From NCBI GenBank assembly GCA_000004985.1, contig GG738919.1: a DNA stretch of 64,000 bases; one strand, written 5' to 3'. The position numbers and the translations under genes were made by a program. Source of the stretch: Naegleria gruberi. Its lineage: Eukaryota. Below the pieces are notes generated by a model. That model searched no databases. It worked only from the letters and a program-made list of their open reading frames with translations, and was not told the DNA's origin. Each line of letters begins with the position of its first letter. Position 1 is the stretch's first letter. Positions 45,021 to 56,836 of this stretch are shown in pieces.

Positions 45021-45959
45021 TTAAAACTTTTTTGAAGGATTAACTTGCATTTCAGAACTTAAATTTCCATCATTCACAATTTTCTTTCTAACAACCATGT
45101 TAATATAAATTTCTGAAATGATTAAATTTCCACTCACAGCCAACCAAGCTGAAGCTCCATAAACTTCCTTCTGGGCTGCATCCAAAATGCCATATGAAGT
45201 ATCAGAGAGATTTGGATTGCCAGCAATGTAAAAACCAGCAAATAGAAATAGATAAATTCTCAGAGTGATGGCAGCACATACAGAACTGAAACATCGAATC
45301 ATCCATTCTCTATGTCTTTGAATTCTATCACCTTTAGGAAGATGTTTTACGAGTGGATTCTTGTGAGCAAAGGTTACGTATAAAAGAGCCATTCCCAGAG
45401 TGACAATCCATATCAGAGATAGGAGAGAGAAGGCAACTTTTGTGTTAACACCTCCTACACTATATGGAATGAGCCATAATCCACCCACGAATCCAATAAA
45501 CACACACGCTGAAAAGATGTAACCAATAATCTTGTGAATAATCATCACTCTTCTTCGAATCACATCCTGAAATTGCAATATACCAATGAGTAGACACAAT
45601 ATTCCACCAATAGCATGAACAATGAGTGCTGGATATCCCTTATCGACAGTATAGTCTTTTCCAATAAAGAGGTCCTTTCTATAATCTTCAGGATTATTTG
45701 GATTAACAGGAGAAGCTCTCATAATTCCGAATTGAACTGCTATTGCAACCCATCCAGCAAATATCAATAACCAATACACTATCCATCCAATAACTCGTCC
45801 ACATTGTTTTAAATTCTTTTTACTCATGATTGGTTTTTTGAACTTAACTGGAATGTTATCTTTAATATTGCCTGTTGTGGATTTGGAGTCGTCATGACGT
45901 GGTGCCTTGTCCAATATGAGGTCTTGAGAGGAGTTGGAAAGAGTCATATTGTCGCCCAT
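45021..45959 (-). CDS. multipass membrane protein with conserved His-containing motifs, 312 aa; family unassigned
   Basis: ATG 45959-45957. About 6 hydrophobic helices. Motifs HAIGGILCLLIGILQF...RRRVMIIHKIIGY and HREWMIRCF. Confidence 0.5.
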   Translation of the reverse strand: MGDNMTLSNSSQDLILDKAPRHDDSKSTTGNIKDNIPVKFKKPIMSKKNLKQCGRVIGWIVYWLLIFAGWVAIAVQFGIMRASPVNPNNPEDYRKDLFIGKDYTVDKGYPALIVHAIGGILCLLIGILQFQDVIRRRVMIIHKIIGYIFSACVFIGFVGGLWLIPYSVGGVNTKVAFSLLSLIWIVTLGMALLYVTFAHKNPLVKHLPKGDRIQRHREWMIRCFSSVCAAITLRIYLFLFAGFYIAGNPNLSDTSYGILDAAQKEVYGASAWLAVSGNLIISEIYINMVVRKKIVNDGNLSSEMQVNPSKKF

Positions 45960-46336
45960 GCTTTTTTTTGTTGATTGGGTTTTTGTTTACAGTCAGTTAT
46001 AGTTAGTTGGCTGAGATTTCACATTAAGGTGGTCATGAAGGAATTGGAATTGGAAGAAAACAGTAATGGGGTTAAAAGAGTCGCATATTAGAAAATATAC
46101 CTCAGCAAATTGGAAGTGGAATAAATTGGCGCTATATTTGGTAGTTAAGGTATTGAAACAACTCATGTGGTCACTCCAGAAAATGTCAAGCAGAGAAGAA
46201 GGAAACAAATCCAACTCATTTGCAAACATTTCATTGCAATAGGTTGCCTTACAGAAACGACTTTATAAAGTCTGTATTAATAGCTTAATGCAAAATTATT
46301 GTTATGTACATTATTTTGGTGTTTATTTACATTATT

Positions 46337-47122
46337 TTAATTATCCATTTCCATGGTTAACTCCTTTTTCAATGAATAGAAGGTAAAGTGACCCATCAAA
46401 TTCAATGAATTGTACGAAAGATATCTGCAAATGGCTTCTCTTTGCTCTGGCCAAAATCCAGCATTGACTTGTTTGCCGAATAACTCAAATAACGAATGCA
46501 ATGATTCAAGGGCCTTCTTGTCATTAGTCAGCATGATTAAGTCTATCAAAATGGATGCAACTTGCTCAACAAAACAATTGGAAATCCTCAATTTTTGATT
46601 AGAATTTCTTTCAATCCATAACTTTTCCAAAGTATTCGAAACATGTTGAGAGAGTACATCCTCTCCAAAGCTCAAATTCAATCCCTTCTCATTGAAAATT
46701 TCATTCACCAAAACTTTAGCCTTCTTTCTCCTAATCATATTTACAAAAACAACTGCAATGTAGACTTGTTCTTCAAATATTACCAACAATTCGGAAGAAA
46801 CTTGACTCAACCAAGCAAATACCTTCTCCATTAATACCTCTTCATACTTGTTATTATTATTTAAGGAAGAAGCTTCGCATTCTGCTTGACTAGCAAATTG
46901 AATAATGAGGTTTTGTACGGAATGGAAAATCGACGTCACTTCAAATGCTGTAATTGTTTTTCTTGGCAATGATTTTGTATTCAAAATTGATTCAATTTCA
47001 TCTTGTATACAATGAGGAGAGCAAACATCTGGATTGGAATGTTGTTCTTCCTCCTCAGTTGCTGCTGGTGCTTGATGAGTTGATAAAAAGAAGGCTTCTT
47101 CGGTAGTGGTCGTCGTGCTCAT
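46337..47122 (-). CDS. hypothetical protein, 261 aa
   Basis: ATG 47122-47120. No motif recognised. Coding-like composition. Confidence 0.45.
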   Translation of the reverse strand: MSTTTTTEEAFFLSTHQAPAATEEEEQHSNPDVCSPHCIQDEIESILNTKSLPRKTITAFEVTSIFHSVQNLIIQFASQAECEASSLNNNNKYEEVLMEKVFAWLSQVSSELLVIFEEQVYIAVVFVNMIRRKKAKVLVNEIFNEKGLNLSFGEDVLSQHVSNTLEKLWIERNSNQKLRISNCFVEQVASILIDLIMLTNDKKALESLHSLFELFGKQVNAGFWPEQREAICRYLSYNSLNLMGHFTFYSLKKELTMEMDN

Positions 47123-47522
47123 TTGTAGGCTTTGAGAATTTTTGTTTTTTTTAAGTTTGTTTCCTTAAGAGTTTTTAAAAATAGCGCGCTTGTAATACAA
47201 TTGTAGTAGAAGTTGACAAAGCTTTGAGAGCAAGGTTTTTTGTAGGCTTATTGGAAAGTATTCGAATCTCCATAATTTTTTGACAAGCACTCTGTCACTG
47301 AAGCGTTCAACGTTAATGGTTGGATTAAAGATAATGAAGTTGAAGGAAAGTCATACTGTCTAAAGACAATTTCCAAAATAAATATTTCATCTTCTTTGAA
47401 CTTTACAAGTAATTTTCATGAAATAATTATCTTCATTATATATGTAAATTTTCTACTTTGGAATTTTATAAAGAATTTCTAAAAGAATCTTTATTTCTTC
47501 CATTCGAAATTAAGGAAAAAAA

Positions 47523-47981
47523 ATGAATCCAACCACAAACACTACGCAACCGCAACAACAAGCTATCAACCCATCCGAACCGGTTCCAGTCAGCCACGAA
47601 CAAAAATACGAAACGAAACCTTCGCATACTGGACAATCAGTTCATTATGTGCATGATCCAATTTATGTTCAACCTCAATATCAGCAGCCTGTCATGATGG
47701 TTCCTGTAGATATTGATCAAGATGCTGCAGAAGCTTCAAGTGCCTTCACCATGGCCATTTGTTTCTCTATCTTAATGACATGTTTTGGATGTGTTTGTAT
47801 GAGCAGTATTCCATTTTTGTTTGTTTGGGTAATGTACAGAAAATCGTCGAGTGAGAGGGCTAAAAGACTTTCCTCCCTGTCAATGCTCACCTTTTTTATC
47901 TTGCTATGCATGAACATTGTTTTCATAATCATAACTATTTGTGTTGTGACAATTGTGCCACCTGTTGTGATCTATACATAA
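47523..47981 (+). CDS. small membrane protein, 152 aa, with Pro/Gln-rich N-terminus and two TM helices
   Basis: ATG 47523. Hydrophobic segments FTMAICFSILMTCFGCVCMSSIPFLFVWVMY and LSMLTFFILLCMNIVFIIITICVVTIV. Confidence 0.45.
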   Translation: MNPTTNTTQPQQQAINPSEPVPVSHEQKYETKPSHTGQSVHYVHDPIYVQPQYQQPVMMVPVDIDQDAAEASSAFTMAICFSILMTCFGCVCMSSIPFLFVWVMYRKSSSERAKRLSSLSMLTFFILLCMNIVFIIITICVVTIVPPVVIYT

Positions 47982-48124
47982 AGTTGGTCTTGTAATGGTC
48001 CATGCCTCAAATAAATTCATTATACTTTGTTTCCTCTTCAAGCCATTCACCAGAAGAGCTAGTATAAAAACATCCACACAACAGAAAATCTGCTTTACCT
48101 TGAATCTACTCTTTGAGCAACAAT

Positions 48125-49000
48125 TCAATCATAAATAGCTAGACTTGATTCAAGAAAAATCATCATGTATTTGCAATCTTTCAGAAAGAAGAATCCACAC
48201 AAACTAGTACTATTTCCAAACTGTACATTTTCAATTAGTCTTCCTTCCACATCAAAGGTTGTTAAACACTGCGAATTATTAGAATGTATATAGGTCTTAC
48301 GATTGTATCTATCTACTTTCGTAGTAAAAGTCAAATACGCATAGTTAGTTTTCTTCTTTACAACTTTACCATTCTTGGTAAACACTCTCGTAAAATATAA
48401 ATACTTTGAATCGTATCCTCCCACAATCAAGTTATCATTTACATCCCATCCAATGCCATTAAACATTCGCATTTTCACTCGAATTTTATCGAGAATAAAT
48501 CCAGTCACTGAATCCATCAATGTTAAATATCCATCATAGGAGAAGTAAAATAATATCCCCCTATCATCCTCCACAATAGTATCAGTCTCAACTCCCGGCT
48601 TTATCCACACAATATCACCACTCTCAATATCAATTTTTCGTAATTCTCTCTTTCCAGCAATATTAATAATGGTCAGGAAACACTTTTCCTTTTTTAAGGG
48701 AAACAGTACTGGTATAGTGTATAGTGCTCCTTCAATATTTAGCTGATATTCATTAACTATTGATATATTAACTTGCATAGCAAGTGGATCATCATCATTG
48801 AATGAAAAATCGGCAACAACAATTTTAGTTTGATAGGGTTGCTGTTGGTTCATTGCTTTGGCAGCAACAATTAAAGTTTTATCAGGATAGGGACAATAAA
48901 TTGCTTGCCTAATATTCTCTGATCCGAAGGGAAAGCTAACTTCAGCCAGTTTATTCAAGTTGGTTTGATAGCCCTGGAGATTTGGTGTTGCTGTAGACAT
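48125..49000 (-). CDS. hypothetical protein, 291 aa, beta-rich
   Basis: ATG 49000-48998. No motif recognised. Confidence 0.45.
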   Translation of the reverse strand: MSTATPNLQGYQTNLNKLAEVSFPFGSENIRQAIYCPYPDKTLIVAAKAMNQQQPYQTKIVVADFSFNDDDPLAMQVNISIVNEYQLNIEGALYTIPVLFPLKKEKCFLTIINIAGKRELRKIDIESGDIVWIKPGVETDTIVEDDRGILFYFSYDGYLTLMDSVTGFILDKIRVKMRMFNGIGWDVNDNLIVGGYDSKYLYFTRVFTKNGKVVKKKTNYAYLTFTTKVDRYNRKTYIHSNNSQCLTTFDVEGRLIENVQFGNSTSLCGFFFLKDCKYMMIFLESSLAIYD

Positions 49001-49243
49001 TTTTTTTTAATAATTTTATTTTGTGAGTTACAAGTTCATTTGCAGTTCACTTAAAGTTCTACATTCTCATAAATATCTGGGATATTAACATAACCTTTCA
49101 TTATTATTTTATTCATACGAATATATCCAATGAGCATTCTCAAAGCAGAGGAAAGAAGAGTTCATATATGAACTAATTCTTGGTTCTTGTACTGCTGAGA
49201 ACAGGGTCTAGCTCACAGTCATTTTGTAATCAATTTCAAAAAA

Positions 49244-50200
49244 ATGCTAAAGTGTAGACCCCATCTTTCGTCAAGCTGTAATTTATTTCATACAAATCTT
49301 GCCATTGTTAAAAAACATCAGTGGCTCAGTCACAACATTTTCAATAATAGAACCTTTGAAAAATATAAATCTACCTGCTTACTACTTCTTCCAGGAATGG
49401 ACGGAACTAGTCTTCTGTTTGAACCATTTACTCAACAAATGATGGAAAAGAGCAAACAATTCAACCATCCTTTGCACATCTATCCGATACCTTATCCTAA
49501 TCAGCCATTGATGAACTATTCAGAGTTGGAACTATATTCGAGAAGAAAAATCAAAGAAATTCTTGACAATTATCACATGGAAGAAGAAACTAATGTTGTA
49601 ATTTTGGGAGAATCATTTTCTGGACCTATTGCCACGTCCATTACATCAATGATGAATAATGAACGGGAAGGAGGAGAATTTCCGATTAGTGGTTTGATAT
49701 TATGTTGTACATTTGTGGCCAATCCTAGACCAGTACTCAGTTTTCCTTTCAGGTTCATATTTTCTTCACCCAATTCCAATAATCAAAGCTTCAAAACTAA
49801 TCTAATGGATTCTCTAATTAGAATTTTATTTCAACAGGAGTGGCTTATGAAAATCATTAGTAAGCTCATGTTCCATTCAGAAAAACAGAGGAATCTATTT
49901 CTCAGAGCTATGAAAATAACTCCTCCTGAAGTTATTGGCCTCCGATTGAGAAATGTTCTATATGTGAACAGAATTGAAGAATTGAGAAAATGCAACAATA
50001 TTCCTCTATTAATTCTGAGAGCTAGGAATGATTGGATTGTCCCCAACTCTGCTCAACAACTCTTGGAGGAGGTATTCGAAGGAAATTGTAATTGTCCTCC
50101 ACCAATTGTTGGTTCTCATTTTCTTTTACAAAACAATCCAGAAGAAACTTCAGAAGTTATTTGGAAATTCGTTCAAAATTTACCCAAGGTCAAGTCATGA
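49244..50200 (+). CDS. alpha/beta-hydrolase (lipase/esterase-like), 318 aa
   Basis: ATG 49244 (aaaATG). Nucleophile-elbow pentapeptide GESFSG (GxSxG). Confidence 0.6.
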   Translation: MLKCRPHLSSSCNLFHTNLAIVKKHQWLSHNIFNNRTFEKYKSTCLLLLPGMDGTSLLFEPFTQQMMEKSKQFNHPLHIYPIPYPNQPLMNYSELELYSRRKIKEILDNYHMEEETNVVILGESFSGPIATSITSMMNNEREGGEFPISGLILCCTFVANPRPVLSFPFRFIFSSPNSNNQSFKTNLMDSLIRILFQQEWLMKIISKLMFHSEKQRNLFLRAMKITPPEVIGLRLRNVLYVNRIEELRKCNNIPLLILRARNDWIVPNSAQQLLEEVFEGNCNCPPPIVGSHFLLQNNPEETSEVIWKFVQNLPKVKS

Positions 50201-50323
50201 TCTTTTTCCACTTTATTCAATCCTCAAAAGTTTAGTTTTCATAATCAATCTAATAATTAATATTGAAAAAGTGGACTATATAAAAATTGAAATTCAATCA
50301 AAATAATAAATTGAAAAAAAATA

Positions 50324-52390
50324 ATGCTCTCACATACAGCCAAGATTTTCCGTCATTCAAGAAGGGTTTGCAATAAATCGGCCCTCTCATGTGTTGCCAC
50401 TTCATCATCATCGGCAATGCTCGGAATGAAGAATATTCCGACAACAACATTTCAAAATCAATTCCTTGTTGAAAATATCAAGAATTTTAGTACACAATTA
50501 AATGTTAGAAATCAACAACAAGAACAACCACTTGATGAATCAGCCTTGAGTCAACATATTTTCCAATTTATTCAACAACAATCTGCTAATCTTCCTTTGC
50601 AAAATTTTGCTGATTTGGACAAGTTACTTCAAACATTGATTTTCCAAGGACATCTCATCTTTAGAGCACAAACTATGGAAGAATGGAAACCTGTTTATTA
50701 TGAAATTTTGAATATTCTCTCTAGCAATTCTACTATTTTTGCTGATATTGACCAAACTCAATTGTCTCAAGTGGAAAAGGATGTTAATGAATTTGCTGAT
50801 GCTATCATTAGTACATTTGAAAAGTATGCTACTTCTGGTGGATTGGAGAATAAGGTTGTTGGTGATGTTTTGAGGTAGGTTTGAAATAGTTCAAATTTAT
50901 TCATCTATTTGTTTAATGATTGAACTATTTCATGTATATAGAATGTTGGCTGAAGATGTCATTGTTTCATCACTCCCAACTGTTAAATTTGCTCCAAATG
51001 GAGCTCATGCTCAATATGTTCAACATGTTGCTGACCAAATGGGAGATTATGTTGAAATGACTAATTTACCTCAAATCAAGGTCATTCTTCTCACTAGAAA
51101 GGCTTTAGGTTTGCACAAGCTTGGAGCTTTGGATAAGGCTTTGGAAACTTGTGATAAGGCTATTGAAATTATGCCAGATTTCTCCCCAAGTTATCTGTAA
51201 GTATTGTGAATTTGAAAAGTGAAATATTGAAAGACATTAGTGTTCGTGCCTCCACTTTCTTATTCATGGAAAAACCACAAGAATCCATTGAAGCTTGTAA
51301 CAAGACCCTCTCAATTGAAGAAGGAAATATGGAAGCCTATTTGTGTAGAGCTGTTTCCTACCTCAAATTGGGTGATACTGAAAAGGCACTTACTGACCTT
51401 AACACTTTGTTGGAAGCTCATCCATCCCGTTTCGATGCCTTGACCAAGAGAGCTGCCATCTATTTCTCCAAAAAGATGTACGACAGTGCCATTCTCGATG
51501 TTGAAAGAGCCATCTACTATAATTCCAACGATGTTCAAGTTTTCACTGATGTTGTCATGAGTTTCGATTGTGCCTCTGATAAGTGTGCTGAACAAATCAT
51601 TGTAGGTCTCTTCAATAAGACTCGTAATCAAATTGCTGATGCAGTTAAAGCATTCGATGAAGCTATTAAGGTCAATCCTGATGATGCTGTCTCATATCAT
51701 CAAAGAGGTCTCTTGCAATACAATTATATGGGTGATTCTAAGGCTGCTCTCGAAGATCTCCAACAAGCTATCGATAAGAGAAGTTCATTGACCTCTGAAA
51801 CATACACTGGTATTTTACTCCAAGATTATGCCATGATTGTTCTCAATATGTTCGTTGCTGAATATAAGGATAAGGCACCAGATGGAAATGTTCCAACCTT
51901 TGAAACTTCTCCAGCTTTGGCCACTGCTTACAGTTGTTTTGCTGAATCTACTACTAAAATGCCAGCTCCAGCTCAATTGAAGGCCATTACAAGTATGGGT
52001 AGTATTCACATTCTCATGAATGAAAATGAACAAGGTATCGAATTGTTCACTAAGGCTATTGAAGTTGCCAAGCCAAAGACTGCCAGTGGATACACTCCAG
52101 AATTGAGAAGTGAAATGGCTGCTGCTTACTTTAACAGAGCTCACGTCTATCACATGAAGATTATCAATAATGAATTGGCTCTCAAAGACTATGACATGGC
52201 CATCAAGTTGAATCCAAACAATCCATTGTTCTATCACTATCGTTCCATGCTCCACATCCACATGGGTAATGATGAATTGGCCAAGAAGGATGAAGATACT
52301 GCCAAGAAGATTACTGAAAGACAACAAGAAAGAATCAAACAAATGCAAAAATTGCAACAAGAAAGCAGTCCAGAACAACCAACCCTCTAA
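50324..52390 (+). CDS. tetratricopeptide-repeat protein with presequence-like N-terminus, ~651 aa, 3 exons
   Basis: Exons 50324-50874, 50942-51196, 51241-52390. Introns 50875-50941 (67 nt, gtaggt..tatag) and 51197-51240 (44 nt, gtaagt..cattag). The second junction restores the TPR register: ...PDFSPSYL|VRASTFLF..., cf. P...AYYNRG. N-terminus MLSHTAKIFRHSRRVCNKSALSC is Arg-rich with no acidic residues. Confidence 0.75.
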
Positions 52391-52474
52391 TTTATTAAAA
52401 AACAATATTTTCTATTCTTGTAATCTGTGCTTGAATGTCAGACACTTGACGTTTTAAATTAAATATTAAAAAAA

Positions 52475-55400
52475 ATGAAAAAATTATTCAGAAGGAAAAA
52501 GAAGAAGGATTCCACTGATGAAGAAACAACAGTCACCGATCAACAAGCACCAACTGATGAAGATGATGTAACAGCCACCAACTATGACTATGATGAGGAA
52601 TTAATGGACGAAGAAAACGAAAGTGACAATGAAGAGGAAGATATGGAACAAAAACAACTTTTATATCATCAATATAGTGATTATACATCGGAGGATTTAA
52701 AATCATCACTGGATGAAATTATAGATTCGATTGATGCTGAATATAGAGTTGAGGATTTTAGTTACATTGATGCCATTGCTCGTTCTCTCAAGAATGGAAC
52801 GGATAAAGAGGATTTACGTAAATTGAAGGATAATAAGAAGTTTTTGGATGATGCAGTCAAGCAAATTGTCTGTGTTAATTATAAGGGCTTCAATAAGAGT
52901 ATTCGTAATTTTTCTGACATGTTGGATTTGATGGAGAAGGGTCAAAGTCAAGTACAGAATATGATTGAAAAAGTTAGAACAACGAAGGAGTTGTTGGCTT
53001 TGAGATCTACAGATTTGATTTCATTGTATAGTAGTTATTTGCAACAGAAAGAGGTAAGGAGTTGTTGAGATTTTTAACATGTTTAAATTGAAACTGGAAT
53101 TTCGGATAGATTTTGGATATTTTAGATGTTGTGCAGAAAGTAAAGAATGCACCAAATGAGATTACATCGTCCATGAATTCAAAACACTTTTTATATGCAG
53201 CTCGTACTTTGAAAACTTATAATGGAATGGCAAATAGCGAAAGATTGAGATCTATCAAGGCTCTTCATGATATTCGTGACCAATTTATGGAATTTTATGA
53301 CAAAATGCCAGATATTATCACTGATGAATTGAAGGCTCAGCTTCACATTCATGCCTATCAAAAATCATTGGATATGATTGATGATGATGATTGGAGATAT
53401 CAATTGGCTGGTGGAAGTGGTAGTGGTATTCCTACCCATGCCAATTCACCAATTACTATTCCAAAACTGAATAGTAAATTGGCTAATCAAATTAAGAGAT
53501 TTTCCACAAGACCAGGTGTATCCCCAATTATAACTAAAGAAGATCCAGAACCAGAACAAAAAATCAAACCATTTTCACAAGTCCAAGATAATTTGGCACT
53601 AGATTATGAGAAGGAAGACCCAGCCCAGTATGTTATCAATTTAGTGGAAGCTCTCGATGTGTTGGGAACACTTTCTGAATTGCAATCCAAATTGGTACAA
53701 AATTTGAGATTCGAATTGAGACACTTGATAGAGTCTCACATTAACGAGTTTGCAAATTCATTGAAGGGATCTGACAGAGACTTGTTGTGGCTAATTATTC
53801 AAAATAAGAATTTAGCAAGTAATGAACAAGTTGGGCTCTTTTCCAGTAACTTTGACGATCCACTCGAACAACATAAAACCAACACTGGAAAGGCAATTTT
53901 GCAAGGAAGATTAATTTCGGAAATGATGGAAGGACTTTTTATCAAACTGAAAAAGGTGATGAAGAATTATCAATTCTTAATCAAATTACTCGAGCAAAAG
54001 TTAGCTCAGAGAGACAGCTCCATTATAGGCGATAAGGAATTGGGATCTATGAGTATTATTCTTTCCAAGCAGGTTATTACAAGAGTAAGAGAATCCATCT
54101 CTAAGAAATTAGAAGATTTGAGATTGAATTTTAGAACTGCTGGAGACTTTGAGGACTTGTTGCAGGAGTGCATGGAAGAATTAATGTACAACTTTATTGA
54201 TAAGAACTACGACGAGTCAGCAAGACAACGTGTAAAGGATCTAATCTTGATATTTGAAGTTCAAGTTGACTTGAAGACAAGAGATGCAGGAAAGAAGGAG
54301 AAACAAAATGCAGAAAAGGTTAAATCTAGCTTCAAGACACTTGTCATTAATACACTTTCCTCTCCAGATACACCAAGTCTCCTCTCCATTGAACACATTT
54401 GGAAAACTGTGGAAGATGAAATGGGATCCGTACTCAAGGAACTCTTAGGTTTGAGAAATAGTGATTTGGACAATTCAAGCAAGAGAAAATCCACCACAAA
54501 CCTCAGTGAATTTGCTGATAATGGTAAAAAGAAGAAGAAAATCTCTGATTTTAACTTTGAAATCAAATTCAAATTCTCCACCAATGTAGATTTTCCACTC
54601 ATGGCCATGAATGAATCTGAAGATCAAGGTTCAATGAAAATTTTGTGTGAATCGTTGAACAGCTACTTTATCTTCTCACCTTACAATATCATTTGGATGT
54701 ACAAGGTTGTTACTGGATTCGTCGATCAGATCTATTCCAATTTCAAAATTGTCAATGACAGAGACGAAGATGATGAAGATGAAAGAACCTATTCTGGAAA
54801 CAGCAATGAATCAATCCTCCAAATGTTCATGGATAATTTCATCATTGGTGCATTCATGCCACTCATCGAAGAGGACTATAGAAACAAATTGTCCAAACTC
54901 TTAACTGACCAAGACAAGCACAATACCAATGCCTTCCTCCCTAGAGAATCCCCAAACCAAACCTCCTCAACTTATACCTACGTTTCCAAAACTGAAAAGA
55001 GACCACTATTGAACAGTGCTCTCTTCTTAGCATCTTGGCTTAGAGAATTGTTCAAGATTTCTCTTTCCCTTCCAGTGTACAAAATGAGTATTTTTAATGT
55101 GATTGAAATTGTTTTGAAGAATTATTTGGCCTCTTGCAAGAGTCAATTTGATTCTGTCATTAGAGGCAAATTCATTCAACAATCTTTGACTGCAGAGTAT
55201 GAAAGTGTGTATCCAGTGTTGAAATCTGATCCAAACTTTAAACTTCTCTATACTAAATCAAAGTCACAAATTGATTCGTCAACCTATTCGAAACTCTCCG
55301 AGAAATTCTACAAGAAATTGTTTGTCATCATTGATGAAAAACTTCAAATCAATTATCCACACAATCTTCCAAAGACCAAATTCATTGACAATAACTCTCA

Positions 55401-56493
55401 ATTAATTCTCTTGGCAAATATCAATGATAGTTTGGAATGGTTAGCAGATCTCATCAAGAGCTACCAAAAGGAACTCATTCAAACAGAACTTTTTGCAGTC
55501 AAGACTCAACAAAAGACAGAAGAATACAGAGTAAAGAAAGAAGCTGCATCAACACCTAATACCACTAGTATGCATCAAGTGGCAAGCGATCCAAATATCA
55601 GAAAACCTATTAAGGTTCATCACTTGAGAGTTTTGAGTACGGATGCTGAGAGTGTAACCTCTGATCATTCAGATGAGGAAACCAATGCCATTCAAAGAAT
55701 TAAGAAATCTACCCTCTTCCTCTCCAATTATGAAAAGGATTACAGAGATTTGGCAATAAGATGTCTATTCTCACTCAAGTTGGATATTCGTGTTCACTGT
55801 TATCACTTTATTCATTGTAATTTGATGGACAATTTACTCAAGTTTGGAACCTACGACTGTGAAGATGAAAGAAAGGAACCTGAAGATTTCATCAATTTAT
55901 TCAATCAAGATTTGTTCAGAATTGAGAGATATCTTTCCTGCTATTTACCAAAGAGCAAATTGAGATATTTATTCGAATCTATTGAAAAGATGATTCTTGA
56001 TCTTTTTATTGGAAGTTTACCATTTGCCATTTCACAATTCTATGAAATGAAACTTGACGATAGCTCTTCAGCAATGTTAGGAGGTGGCGATCTTATCAAA
56101 TCACCTTCATTCTCCAAGCTTGGTTTAGAGAAAATGATGAGAAATATCTTTAGTTTGCAGCAACAGCTTTCCAGTTTCAGTTTTGTAGACGAAAGAAAAT
56201 TCGAATCCATTCGAGAATACTTCTATCTCCTCCAAATGCAATCCCACCAACTTTTAAGAATGATAGAAACCAAATCACTCAAACAATTACCATTCACACA
56301 AGATCAATACGAAGCCATTCTCCAAACCGATTACGATCACATCAAGAGAGATGTTAAGGATGTAAACGTGTGTCGTCAATTCTTTGAAAAGAAGATTAAG
56401 AAACAGCAAGAAGCTCTCGCTGCCAAATCAGTCAACTCTCCAACGACACCAACCAGAAGATTAGTTTCCTCTTCATTGCCAAAGAAAAAATAA
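52475..56493 (+). CDS. exocyst complex component Sec8 (EXOC4-like), ~1320 aa, 2 exons
   Basis: Exon 1 is 52475-53053, intron 53054-53109 (56 nt, gtaagg..ggatag), exon 2 is 53110-56493. N-terminal region matches Sec8 (MNSKHFLYAARTL ~ MASKHYLSA). C-terminal region DLAIRCLFSLKLDIRVHCYHFI and MMRNIFSLQQQL matches Sec8 C-terminal conserved blocks. Acidic N-terminal extension. Confidence 0.8.
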
Positions 56494-56836
56494 AACAATT
56501 AAGGATGATCTTTTTAAACCTATCTGATACCAGATAGCATTATAATACTGATATTTTCTGATCCATTGTTCATAAAAGTGCACACTCTGAATCGATAATC
56601 AATTTTGTTGGGTATTATAATATCTTGTGCTGTAATTTTTCCCGCCAAGAAAATTTTCGTTTTTTCAGTTTAAAAAAAAAGAACAAAATTGGATTCATTG
56701 CCACCCTCTCTTTTGATTGCTGCTGATTATCATCATTGTTTAATTTCGGAGGAAGGCACAATATAGTAGATATAATATTTAGGAGAAGGAAGTTATAAAC
56801 ACTGTACAACAAACAACATATAAGAAGGGGAACAAA

